Shown here piece after piece: positions 12,287 through 25,700 of a stretch of 64,000 nt of DNA. The stretch covers positions 6,510,001 through 6,574,000 of the forward strand of contig NC_092673.1 in NCBI RefSeq assembly GCF_964355755.1, read 5' to 3'. Source of the stretch: Antedon mediterranea. Its lineage: Eukaryota > Animalia > Echinodermata. Numbering within the stretch: the first letter of the stretch is position 1; every line of letters begins with the position of its first letter. The position numbers were made by a program, and so were the translations under genes. The notes under the pieces were generated by a model that was not told where the DNA came from, searched no databases, and saw nothing but the letters and a program-made list of their open reading frames with translations.

Positions 12287-13438
12287 TTATATATATCTTA
12301 AATGGAGATCTCAAATGACTTCTAATCGAAACAGCATTAAGTAGTGTATACAAATGAAATAGAATTAATATCTAGATATATAAATAATATTATGTGTGTG
12401 CTATCATAACTGAAGCTTATAGGCTTAATAGGGCATTATTCACACCATGGTGTATTCATATAAATGTACTACAGTTAACTCTTACAATACCCTTGTGCTA
12501 ATCTAAAGCTCAGTCTACACTCTACCAAACTTTATGTGACAAAAAATGTGTTGATGTCATATCACTACCATATTTGTGCATCTCACTCCCATATATGGGC
12601 ACATCTCACTTTGCTTTGTCAGACTAGTAAATATGTCTAGTTTAATGAAAAGTCTGGTATTCTGAATGTGTTTTTAATGGTAAAAATGTATTTCAGACCT
12701 TTTATACCTTTTATATGGTTTTTGGAGAGTTTCCAAATTTCAGAGAGTCTGGTATATTGAGAGAGTTGACTATTAAAAAATAAAATTATATAAATATAAA
12801 CAAAATTAATATTTTAATTATGTAGGCTTCTATGTGGTTGTAAATCGACAACTTTTATGGGTGCCCCTTTAGACCAAAAACCAAAATCATATTTATTTTC
12901 TAATTATGAAGAACACGTCCTTTTAATCCATTCATTTAGGAAAAAATGACCAATTATTTTTCCTGATTTTAAAAATGCCTTGAAAGTGTACAAATTACTA
13001 ATAAATTATCATGATTTTATACTATTTTTCAATTAGAATAGAATAGAAAAAAGAAATTCTTGAATGCAACTGTGTAATAATGAACAGCCTTTATATAGAA
13101 GTCTTTCAGAAAATCCCAAGTATGGTAATAAAACAGCCGATTCTCAGTATTGTATCTATTTCTGAAGTATCATAGGAATATTTGGTAATACAACATCACA
13201 TGTGTTTCACATGTACCTAGTAGCCCTAGTAACCTAACCCTTAACTCCTTACATGATACAGGCATCACATGTGATATAAATGAGATGCTGTATAGTATGT
13301 TGAGATACAGCACGAGGAATCGGGTGAATAAAACTACTAAAATATAAACTTGTCCAAAATAGAATATTCATTAGTACCCTGTAAATTCTAATAATACATT
13401 TCATATTTCTTTGTGTGCCTGTTTTAATATCAATTGTA

Positions 13439-13844
13439 CACATTAAGACACTATTGTGAAATTTATTTTTATATTATTTCTATTTTATCCTTTCATTGAA
13501 ACACAAAAATTTAAGTATTTAATTGGGAGACACAGAGGCGATAATAAGGCGATTGATAACTTTCTCAAAGACTCCAGGCAAATAAATAAAATGAAAAGTC
13601 ATAATTTAAATTTAGATTAAACTATGCAAAATTTAGTACTGAACTGTGTACTACAATTATTAAATAATAATTATTATTCAATAATAATTATTATTGATTT
13701 TATTGATTCATAAATTAAAACAATTGGTTACATTTTAATAAAACATTATTTAAACGAATCAGAACCTTACTGGGGCTTCCTAACTACAAATTTAAAATTC
13801 CTTTGGAGCACTTATTCTTAATTTCGCAATAGTGTCTCAATGTG
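13439..13844. mobile_element. MITE with CAC..GTG ends
   Basis: About 25-bp imperfect TIR CACATTAAGACACTATTGTGAAATT / AATTTCGCAATAGTGTCTCAATGTG; TSD not resolved. Confidence 0.5.
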
Positions 13845-14354
13845 TGTTTACAATAAAAGCCTTTTAAAAAATATTAATATTCACTCAATATTAATAAATA
13901 AATAGAATCTTTATGAAATATTCGTTGGAAACCAGATGAATGTATTTGTTGAACATATGCTTATTAAACAAAATAAATAAATAATTGAACAAAATCGATT
14001 TACTATACTGTGTCAATATTCAACAACGTTAAATAATTATTAAAGGTTTGAATAACCAAATCAAAATGTTTTACATTTCAAAATGCTGTACTGCATATAA
14101 TACAGTGTCCTTTACTTGAGGAAATTCATTAAAAAGATATATAGGCCTAGATGCATTACAGCTTTTATCGCCCCTCCTTTTCCAAATTCTCAACAGGAAA
14201 TATATAACACACCGTTTACTGGGAATCAATATCGATACAATGTATCGCATTCCTCCAAGATAGGACTATACAAGAAATATTTTTTTTTACAAAAATGTCC
14301 GCTCGACTTTTTGACGTAACAGTTTTAATGAAATTAAATAATGATTTGTATTGA

Positions 14355-14512
14355 TATAATAATAAATAATAATACAATGTGTATAGCGCTATACACATTG
14401 TAATGCTTAGGAAACAAGTAAGTTTTAAGACCTTTCTTAAATAAATCTATTGATTTTAGTGGCAGAGGGTTCCATAAACTTGCTCCAAATTTGGAGAAAG
14501 CAATGTCCCCTG
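14355..14512 (-). mobile_element. 3' end fragment of an L2-clade LINE
   Basis: Minus strand reads GDIAFSKFGASLWNPLP..LFKKGLKTYLF, the characteristic L2/CR1 ORF2 C-terminus, then GCGCTATA and a (TTA)n-like tail. Confidence 0.7.
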
Positions 14513-14829
14513 AGACGAAATAATGATTTACTATAAATTAAGTTTATTTAAAAATCAGTAATAAATATTTTGTATAACGTAACTATTTGAAATTAACAAA
14601 GTCCTAAAAGAATTAAACTAAACTATAGTACTGTACATATTCCGGGATAGAGGCGTTACTCCTTAGATATGAGATACTTTCTTCAGAGAACTGTTGAAAA
14701 AAGCATGATACATTCGTAGGTTTGTTCTTTCCAGTCTCGTGAACGTGGGTTTACACACAAGGCTTTTTATTGGATTATTCTTTTCAGTATGCGATAAAGT
14801 GTAGGAGAATTCGTTGCCGAGTCGATTCT

Positions 14830-16138
14830 TAAATCTTGATTCACACTTGGACGCAACGCAAGGACGTAAAGCGCACCGTATCCCATTAAGCTTGGTTCCC
14901 ACTAGAACGTAACGCAAGGACGTAAACGCAACGCAAGCGTTTTAACCAATGACAAGCGAAGTTATAGACAGTTAGCAATCACAAGCGAATAAGCCATCGC
15001 TTGTGATTGGACAATTCACTTGCGTTGCGTTACGTCCTTGTGTTGCGTCGCTAGTGGGAACCACGCTTTAGGGCGCATGGTGTAACGAAATTTAACCAAT
15101 CATATGGATAGATTACCCGAACTGCCGCCCTCGCTTAAGTTGCGTCCAAGTGAGAACTTAAGCTTGGTTCCCACTAGGATGCAACGCAAGGACGTAAACG
15201 CAACGCAAGCGTGTTGACCAATAACAAGCAACAGTTCAAATAATCCATCGCATGCGATTGGTCAAATCACTTACGTTGCGTTACGTCTTTGCGTTGCGTC
15301 TCTAGTGGGAACCACGCTTTAAGACTTTTCCTCACTACTAGGATTTAAGCGCAACGCAATCGAATTGACAATGGTAAACCTTGGTTTCCACTAGGACTCA
15401 ACGTAAGGACGTAGACGCAACACAATCGAGTTGACTTATGTCAAGTGACAGTTCAAATAATCCATCGCTTGTGATTGGTCAAATCCCTTACGTTGCGTTG
15501 TAGTGGAAACTAAGCAATAGAGACGGTTTCAATAATCTATAACTTGTGATTGGTCAAACCCCTACGTTGCGTCTACGTCATTACGTTGCGTCCTAGTGGG
15601 AACTATGCATTAAGCTTGGTTCCCACTAGCGACGCAACGCAAGGACGTAACGCAACGCAAGTAAATTGACCAATCACAAGCGATGGCTTATTCGCTTGAG
15701 ATTGGTAAAGCGTGGTTCCCACTAGCGACGCAACGCAAGGACGTAACGCAACGCAAGTGAATTGACCAATCACAAGCGATGGCTTATTCGCTTGTGATTA
15801 CTAACTGTCTATAACTTCGCTTGTCATTGGTCAAAACGCTTGCGTTGCGTTTACGTCCTTGCGTTACGTTCTAGTGGGAACCAAGCTTTACTGTCTATAA
15901 ATTCGCTTGTCATTGGTTAAAACCCTTGCGTTGCGTTTACGTCCTTGCGTTACGTTCTAGTGGGAACCAAGCGTTAGAGACGGTTTCAATAATCTATGGC
16001 TTGTGATTGGTCAAATCCCTCACGGTGCGTCTTACGTCCTCAAGCGTGGTTCCCACTAGCGACGCAACACAAGGTTGATTGGTCAAATTACTTGCGTTGC
16101 GCTTACGTCCTTGCGTTTCGTCCTAGTGGGAATAATCT
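14830..16138. mobile_element. Cluster of about 8 related palindromic ~160-180-bp MITEs (PIF/Harbinger-type, TTA TSD), several nested
   Basis: TIR AGC(T/G)TGGTTCCCACTAG..GCAAGGACGTAA. Copies 14889-15067, 15161-15318 and 15613-15973 are each flanked by TTA; copy 15709-15887 lies inside 15613-15973; further degenerate copies at about 14830-15157, 15322-15609, 15377-15517 and 16043-16138. Confidence 0.9.
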
Positions 16139-16737
16139 TTTATTTACTTTTTTTTTGTAAATCTCAGTTATCCACAGCACTATTGTTTTTTTTTAGATTT
16201 GCCTCAAAATTATTACAATGATATTAGCTTATTATTTGTTTATTAGACCTATATATAGGTTATTATTGTGAGGAAACCGTATGTATTTATGTTTATTTAT
16301 TCTTACACACTGTAGAGAAAGACGTATGATTCATACTTCTAACCTCGGGCCGTATAATTTTGTTATTATACTAATAATACTGTGGTTTATATTGTTGTAA
16401 ATTCAACTATCACAAACTCCATTATTGTTTCACACATCAGCTGTTCTGTTTCCCTTTAATTATAATCCCTGTTCTGTGAGTAAATAACTTCCTCGTTGTT
16501 GGATTATTATTAATGCATCGATCGTCAAATTGTGCTGGTATTACGTACATCATTATCTACTCTGTCCCATCCCAAAGTTGTAAACATCAGTGCCTGGACA
16601 ATATTGATTATTATAACTAACTACGACGTGGAAGCAACATCAATTAAACACTGCTTTAACTCTCATCATTAAACGTTTATACATTGAGATACAACAGCTT
16701 TAGGCCCTGTCTCTTGATATAATAATTACTGTATATC

Positions 16738-16797
16738 ATGGATGCTCTACGTGGATTTGCCTCGGATGCCGGTACTTTCCTAAACCGTACTAGACAG
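16738..16797 (+). CDS. SH3GLB1: Endophilin-B alternative first coding exon 1a (MDALRGFASDAGTFLNRTRQ)
   Basis: ATCATGG start context, 20 codons, CAG|GTAGGC phase-0 donor; matches the endophilin-B H0 pattern (..LAADAGTFLSRAVQ in vertebrate B1). Confidence 0.8.
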
Positions 16798-19700
16798 GTA
16801 GGCTTACTTCGATAGAATCCTGTTTTTATAGACATGCATGATTAAACGCAATAAACGTTTTGTATAATAGACCTACTATGGTTCGATATTTTTTCAGTTT
16901 GTCGACAAGAAAAACGATTTCACCAGGATACCGAAACACATCGTAGCACTTCAAAGCGGGCAAAAATGTTACGCGCGCGTAATAAAAATCATGTATAATT
17001 AGCAATATTTGAACGCGCGCGTAAAGTACATGCTTCATCAATTTAACATGAGAACTACAGTATTGCAATATAAAGCCCTAATAATTTTCTGTATCGCATA
17101 CAAAAACAGTACCATATTGTGAACTTAAAGTCTATTATTATAATACGAATGATTCCGCCAGGTGAATATTTATACCATTATTTATATAAAATTGTTAGGT
17201 AATTAATATTTTTAAATCAAGTATTTATAGGCATAGATTCGTGTGATTCAGTAATGCATACCGGATCAAGATCTGATCATAATGATAATGATGGCATTCA
17301 ACAACTCAATTATATAAAGAATGCCGACACATTGTTAGATTAAAAAAAAAAAGATGATAATGAACCATTGTGATGATTCCTGATCGTAATTTTTTTTAGT
17401 AATTATTAAAAAGATTAGACCTTGTCCACCCCACCCGCTAAATAACCCTAACATATGCGAACATAATGCTGCTCCGCCGTAGGCATGTCCATGGTATCAG
17501 AGTACAAACCCATCTCGTGGTCCGTATATATTGATCCACTGTAAATATTGGCCTAATGAATTTATAACTGGAAAAACATATGGCACACGCACTTGGTTTA
17601 ATTGTTTTACAGAACGCCATTATTTCGATATTTAATAATTATTATTAGGACGTACAGTAGCCTAATTACCGTGTTTTTAGCGCACACGCAAAAGCATTTT
17701 TATTTGGAGAATTTGCTCAGTATTTCTTCTTCCTCAAAAATGTTCATAGGTATTTATTAAGCCAAAAGGAATACAAAATATGAAAAGATCAAACAACACT
17801 GTTGTGTAGTGTAGGCCTACTATAACTATTATAAGTTAATTAAACATAATCAAAAAGTACAATAATTAAGTACAGTAGATCAATGTACATCGTGTTTGTA
17901 ATAATTAATTAGAATCTATTTAATTTTGTTTAGAATAAGGAAGTCACGCGTACTTTTATTTGTACAGAGTTAAAATCAATTCGGTCGATAGATCGAAACA
18001 TGCTAAATTTGTGTGTGATAACTGTTTTGGTTGTCCGCCCTCTAATTTAAGAATCCGGAAACAATTCACAAGTGGCTGAGTTTTATCCTTCGATCAATCG
18101 TGTCGTCGATGATGTGTACATTTTTGCTTATTGCTAGGCCTGTGTAAATCAATAAATTCGATCATGTCGTCAATGGAAAAAGTCAATGAAAACATGAAGA
18201 AAATAGCTGGGCAAGCTGGGACTTTCTTCACCCGAGCAAAGCAGGTTAGCTTGAAATGATTTTAGGAAAATGACACTTGTTTTCTTTCGACTAATTAAAG
18301 GCTCAGTTGAAGAAGCCGGGTGGTGAAGTTCATTCGCCTTGTTGCCTGATCGGAGCGATTGACCCGTTTCGATACGGCCAGGTTTTACTAGGTTGGGCCT
18401 AGCCCAGAGCCTACTTGGTTGTGTGTTAGGCTGTCTAATTGCTTACCGGCATTTGCTTTTTGATGCTAATATAGTACTCTTAGGTGCCCGGGCCATACCT
18501 ACACTCATACTCTAGCCTAACTAGCTCAGACAGAGGGCCACCAGCAGGCCGCAGAAATCGGTTTTCTACTGAACTGTAACTCTGATCTGAACTAAAAAGT
18601 GATGTCCTAGCTAGGCCTAGGAGTCTTTGATATATTTTTAATAGATTGTATCATGGATGTATAAATTAATAATTTATTTTTATTTTATACCTATTTATTT
18701 TACAAAATGAATAACTTAAGGCTAACACTCAGTAGCCTGGAATAGGAAAGAAGTTTTAATTATCATAATTGTTTATAGGTCACTCACCAGATGGTGTTTA
18801 ATAATTAAAAAAATCTCAAGGTAAATTATAAATCCATGAATTAAATTACCTCTATACCTATTCATTTTACATTACAATCAATCCGCTTAGACATATACTG
18901 TACTTACAGTATTTTGTTTTAAAAAAATGTCAAAACTAAACTAGGTCACTAGTATACACTGTTATTACCCACATAATGTTTTCAATCCCTTGACAAACCT
19001 ATAGGATATAAGTTAAAAGCTAATGATACATTGGAGACCACTACAAAATACCTAGAGTAACTAACTAGTCCTTGGTATACTCTGTAGATAGCTTTTATTA
19101 TCAAACCATTGTCATCATCATCATCATCATCATCATTCCATCATAAAAGCATCTCTATGGATCTAAGCTTTAATATTATGGTACTTAAATCTATTTTTTA
19201 TAAAGAGAAAATTTTATAATAAAGACATTTTTATGTATACAAATTCTAGCAATTTTGAAAATGTTTCTAAACACACACTTTTATACTGTACTTAATGCAG
19301 GGAGGTATACATTGTTTAAACTAAAGTAATGCACACTGATAATATTAAAAATGATAGTATTGCTAACTGATAATTCTAAACATCAGTTTTTAAAATCAAA
19401 ATGTGTTGAAATGTGCGCGGTTAAATACTGTACTTCTTTACATTCAATTGGTCAATAGATACATCCTTTATTTAAAAAAAAATCCTTTTGCCTATTGTCT
19501 TAACATTTTAATATTCTCTTGTACACATCTTATTCGGTGTTGCATCATATTTGACAGCTTTGTCTTTATTCGACTGAGACACCTTTTTCTATAGTCCTCG
19601 ACGCATAGAAAACTAAGTGTGAGGAAATCTCTAGCATTGTCATTTAAAACCTTGTGGCAAGTTCGTAGACATGCATTATCCTCATGAGTGTATCAATGTA

Positions 19701-22700
19701 AATAAAGGTTGAATAAATTAATAGGTTTAGCTATGGTCAGAGCATACTGTGGTACAGGCTTGTAATAATGAAATGGTGACATTTAACCTTCGGGGATTAA
19801 CTCAGGAAAACAGTTTGTCATGTCAATAATGATGTTACTGAATAGGCGATGTTCAGTATAAAATTAATCTTTAAAAATATGATAGCAGACAATACAGTAT
19901 TTCAGTATGCATTATGGTTGTCAGTGTACAATCAGTAGACATAGAAAGATAAAATACAGTAGCTGTGTAATTTACCGCTATTGTCAATTGGCTATACAGT
20001 AGTAGTACCACCTGTAAATCTTCTAATAGTAACTCACACTCTAATAGTAACCCCCTTCTAATACTGTAGTAACCCACCTTATAAGTCAATGTATAATACT
20101 GTAATAACCCATTACTCTTAGTAACCCATGGGGTCACAAAAACTTGATGCAGCCATATTTTGAAAATGAGGAGATAATACAAGTTGATCTTGAGGGAGGA
20201 TTGAGTGTTTTTGAGTTGAGTAAAATAAAGTTAGAGTTCAACCAAATTTGTTTATTCGTACTGTTTTATTATTTTGCTATGTGTTGCTGACCGGAAAAGT
20301 TGGGGGTGGGTTACTAATTTCAGGTGCCTAATTTAAGATTAGTAATAGTAACCCCCATTCTAATAGTAACCCTAAAAAACAATCAAAGAATAATAGCCCA
20401 GGATACAATTGGGTGTTTCCATAAATAAAGGGGCCAAGGTGTGACATTAGGGTCAGAATTTCAAAGTGTGACATTCTAAGTCTAATAATCAATTCTAAAT
20501 AGTACATCATGTACTTGAACTAAAAAAAAGAAGCAAAATACACATTAAATCTGTTGTCTCTATGTAACAGCATTTATATAGTATCAACATGCATAGCAAA
20601 TTTCACGTGTAACGGAGACACCAAAATCACATTATCTACCCCTCTTATAAGTTATTATTAATAACCTAAAACTGTTTAAATTGGATTTTTAAATAGCTTT
20701 TGGGAACATCTTCAATGCAGAAAAATATTATTTAAATCACACCTTTTCAAATTTAAAAAATAGCTTATGAAATAATTATGCAAAGCCGTTAAAGTTGACT
20801 TAATTTCTATATAAAAGATTTGTAAAGTCACTGCTGTTTAAAAATTACATGTAAACAATACAGAAATGAACAGAATATACCTCAAGTATATACATTTACT
20901 AGCAACAAGTCAAATCAGGATCATACCTCCATGTGGAAATAAAACAATATGGTTCATGAAATATAAATGGAAGATTTCACGTGTAACGGAGACACCAAAT
21001 GTTCACTTTAACTCGTCACAATGTTTTATGAAATGGTTTTGATATGCAGCCATTTTTAAAGTGTAACAAATGTGGTTACTACTGCATACAATTGATAAAC
21101 TGGTAAAAATAGTATATCAAATACTATCTTTTAATCAATAAAACAATATAATTCATGCAATAAAAAATTGAAGTTTTCACGTGTAACAGAGACACCAAAT
21201 AGTTCACTTAAATAAGTCAACAAGAACTACTACATTATTTTTAAAGTGTGACAACTGTAATTACTACTGCACACAACAAACTGCTAAAATATACTATTAA
21301 AGGAAAGGAACACCCTAATATCTTACCTAACTATTATAAAAGTAACCCTACCAACTTAATATTCAGCACAATTTATGTTTAAATCGGATTTGTAGTTTTC
21401 TAGTAAACAGGATTTTAAAGCTGTTTTCAAGACATTTGAAAATCGCCATCTTGTGCTCTTGGCAGCCTGTTTGTGACGTCAGATACGGCCGACGAAAATT
21501 TTAAGATTCGCGGTTGCATTCAGCGCTTCTATTGGCTAAGCGAATCCGCTAATATGATTGGCTAATAACGCGACATGCGGTCATGCAGGACGGCGATGAC
21601 ACGGTATGAGCATGCGCTGGCTTGGTAAACAAACCTTCGATCGATCTTTTCTTCTGCAAGCCAATTCGTAAATCTTTCAGCTATTGTTAATCTATTGTTA
21701 CTTTTATTGCCTAGCTGTTTCAAACGGGATTTGGTAGGGGAATTAACTGGCAAACCTTCGAAACGGAGGCTGTTGGTTGACGATGCAGTGTCTACTTTAT
21801 TTTCGTTCAACACGAGTTCTAGGCCTAGTAAGGCATACAGTACAGATACACTGGCCGAAAGTACACCATTCTTCGACGGCTTGTTATGCTCGAGAATGTT
21901 CTTCTTCTCTTCTTTTTTCCTCATCAGCACGACGCAAAACTAACTCTCTTTCTGTATATTCTGGTTCCAAATTTTTTGAATTATAAAAACTCCAAGCCAT
22001 ATTCCGAAAATATTAGGTATGTTAGGCTATTTAATTGATTTTATTTATGGTTATATCCCGCACTTCCATATTGAAATACTGTACTAAGACGATGGGCGCT
22101 TGGATTTGCTTGAATGCGTCCACCTAATCTGACGTCACATAATTGCTCTTAACCTGTCAAAATGGCGCTGTTCAATTTCCGATATTTTGTCGTTTAAAAG
22201 TCTAGTTTTTAACTAAATTGCTTACTATTGTACCTTGAACCATTGTAATCATGTTTTTATTACATTTATCTATAAGCACAGTGGCACATTTAGCCCAGGG
22301 TGTTCCTTTCCTTTAATAGTCATTTACAGTAAAATCATTGAGAATACATTTGGATATACTTCGCATTAACACTCTTGTTCAATCATTAAAACGTATAATC
22401 TATATAAATTTACGTGAGGGAAAAATTTGGTAAATCGCGCATTACTTCTAAAATGTTTACTCAATGGTATATAAAGTTGGTTCGTACTTTCAGTGCTGAT
22501 TTTAACCACCTGATGTAACCCTGTTTAATAATTTAATTTCAGTTATGTAATTTTTTTTTACGCTGAAATTACTGTATATTCGAGAACCGTCTGTGGGCTG
22601 ATGTTTCTTTGGTTGGTCTTTTTGTTGATGCGGCATCTCTATTTTTGGGGTTAAATGCAGTTCTCAATTGGAACGGTAACATTGTTGATAAACTGCTGAT

Positions 22701-25700
22701 CTGTATAGATGAAAAAAATGACAATGAAACATTAGATTTGCCCATCTGGGTTAAATTTGATTCATCATCATATAGAAATATAAAGTATATAATTAAGTAT
22801 TTTTAATATAAATTATACCAATTTAAATAAAAATAAATATATCTATTATTATTATAAAATATGTTAGGCCTACTATACTAAAGAAAGTGTTTTCTTATCT
22901 TATGTTGATGGATTATAATATTTATTATTATTAATTATAAAACAATAAATGAACACTGTATATATTTGTCTTTCTTGAGTTATGCTCATAAATTGATTTG
23001 ACTAAAACTATTGCTTTCTTTTCAGATTATTAGTTTAAAATATTAATTTTATTCATCAAATATTTATTATTATCATTTTATTATTAATTATAATAAAATT
23101 AATATGTTACTGATAATTTTGTCTTAGTTATACTGGGTATAAATGTTTTTTACGTATTATTTTTAAATGTTGTAAAATGTCTGTTGACTTTATTTCTCAT
23201 TCTTTTATAATTGTTTTTAAACCACATCGGGGAAAACAGTAGACTAGTTATAATGTTGAAGTCTATGGAATATATTTAAAACGAAGAGTAAATAAAGGTT
23301 CCCCATTAAACTAAGCGCGATCTCTTTGTAGGGAGCCGACGAAGCAAGCATGTGGGTTTTGGCCAACAAAATAAAGGTTCACCGAACCATGACCGAAATA
23401 ATACCAGTCACCCAATTTGAGCACCGGGAGTCGCCGAGCCAGCAATCACGTTGGTTTTCAATAAAAATTAAAAAATAAAGGTCCATCAAACTGAACAGCT
23501 AAAAATAAACGCGATCTCAATTTGGAGGAGAATTTTATTAGCCAAGCACGTGGTGTTTCGGAAAACCCTATTAATAATCATCGTACATGGAGTATATACA
23601 CTCTCGCTGTAGAAATACCGCCGGAGTCGCCGAGTCAGCTAAAAAATAAACGCGATCTCAATGTGGAGGAGAGCTCATTAGCCAAGCACGTGATATTTCG
23701 GAAAACCCTTAATAATTATCGTACAGACCTGTAGAAATACCAGTCACCCCTTTCAGCTTCGGAGTCGCCGAGCCAGCTAAAAATAAACTTATCGCAATGT
23801 GGAGCAGAGTTCATTGCCCAAGCACGTGGTAATACTATCCTATTACTATTAGGAGAACCTATTGTTCTTTGTTGTTTTGATTTGATTTCGTTCATAATAA
23901 ATTGTTATCCACTATGGAACGCCTCCTCTGCCTTCAGTTCACATTTATCATGCAGTTCACACCAATCGTCATGCAGTACACACCAATGGTCATGCAGTAC
24001 ACACCAATCGTCATGCAGTACACACCAATCGTCATGCAGTACACACCAAACATCATGCAGTACACACCAATCGTCATGTAGTACACACCAATCGTCATGC
24101 AGTACACACCAATGGTCATGCAGTACACACCAATTGTCATGCAGTACACACCAATCGTCGTTCACATTTATCATGCAGTACACACCAATCGTCATGCAGT
24201 ACACACCAATCGTCATGCAGTACACACCAAACATTATGCAGTACACACCAATTGTCATGCAGTACACACCAATCGTCATGCAGTACACACCAATCGTCAT
24301 GCAGTCAAATATTGCGTAATTTATACCGCCACCTATCGACAAAATCGAATATCACGTGAGGTTTATTAGACGGCTGTAAAACTAAGACTATTTAAACTTC
24401 TTTTATGGAATTCAATAATTGCAATGGCCTCCTAGCCGCGCCTGTGTCTCGCATAATAAATTATTGTATATATAAAAAACAGAGCATTCACAGAGATGTG
24501 TAGCGGTTAAAATAAGTACAGTATGTCAAACATAAAAGAAATCTTAGAGTCGATGGCCTAGTTTTACAGCCGTCTAATAAACGTCACGTGATATTCGATT
24601 TTGTCGATAGGTGGCGGTATAAATTACGCAATATTTCACTGCATGACGATTGGTGTGTACTGCATGACGATTGGTGTGTACTGCATGACAATTGGTGTGT
24701 ACTGCATGACCATTGGTGTGTACTGCATGATGTTTGGTGTGTACTGCATGACGATTGGTGTGTACTGCATGATGTTTGGTGTGTACTGCATGACGATTGG
24801 TGTGTACTGCATGACCATTGGTGTGTACTGCATGACGATTGGTGTGTACTGCATAACCATTGGTGTGTACTGCATGATAAATGTGAACGACGATTGGTGT
24901 GTACTGCATGACCATTGGTGTGTACTGCATGACCATTGGTGTGTACTGCATGACCATTGGTGTGTACTGCATGACGATTGGTGTGTACTGCATGATAAAT
25001 GTGAACTGAAGGCAGAGGAGGCGTTCCATAATCCACAGCCTTGCGTTTATATTATATGTAATTGTTTTTATCAATTTAAATAAAGTTATTAATTATTATT
25101 AAATTTATAAAACCTTAGTATATCTTCCGTAGATTGTAATTGAAACAAGTTAAATATTCCCTACACATCAAGTGAAATCGCCCAAATATGATAGGCGCGC
25201 ATACGCGACAACCAAGTTGCTTGGACTCGCTCACTATAGTGGAGGGTATTTTAAATGTATATTATAGTAAACATTTAATTCATATTTTATCTTGTCGAAT
25301 AGCAACGTTAAATAAATAAACAAAATTATGTACTAATATTACACATTATTTTGTGTAATATGTTTTTTATTATAACTGAAATGAACCAAATACAATTCTT
25401 TTTTTTCCTACTGTAACAAATAGAATAGTCAAAAACGACGAATTTGTTTTTATTCTGAAAGTGGTTGTAAACTATGGACTTTTATCCCTATTTCTTGTGA
25501 CAATAATTAAATAAATTTTTATTTTTCTGTGTCATATAGAAGCAATAACCAAATAGCAAACACATAATGTAAAATTTAAAGATTTTATGGTAACTAATTG
25601 CTAATTATTTGCAAAATACTACACCAGTATAAGGTCTAGTACACTACGTAACAAGACACGGCGTATCTTCTACGATGTTACGCTGTAACCTGCCTAGTGG

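Noticed and set aside
12095-12301. ORF with (SGRQIE)n and possible repeat-spacer array
   Set aside because: An 18-bp tandem repeat inside a MITE, with no spacers.
21562-21930. 122-aa minus-strand ORF as a host gene
   Set aside because: It lies inside the Kolobok element; the recognisable motifs are in another, disrupted frame.
23882-25083. Overlapping repetitive ORFs and a CRISPR-like appearance
   Set aside because: The 21-bp units are head-to-tail with no unique spacers and form the arms of a foldback element; no cas genes; eukaryotic context.
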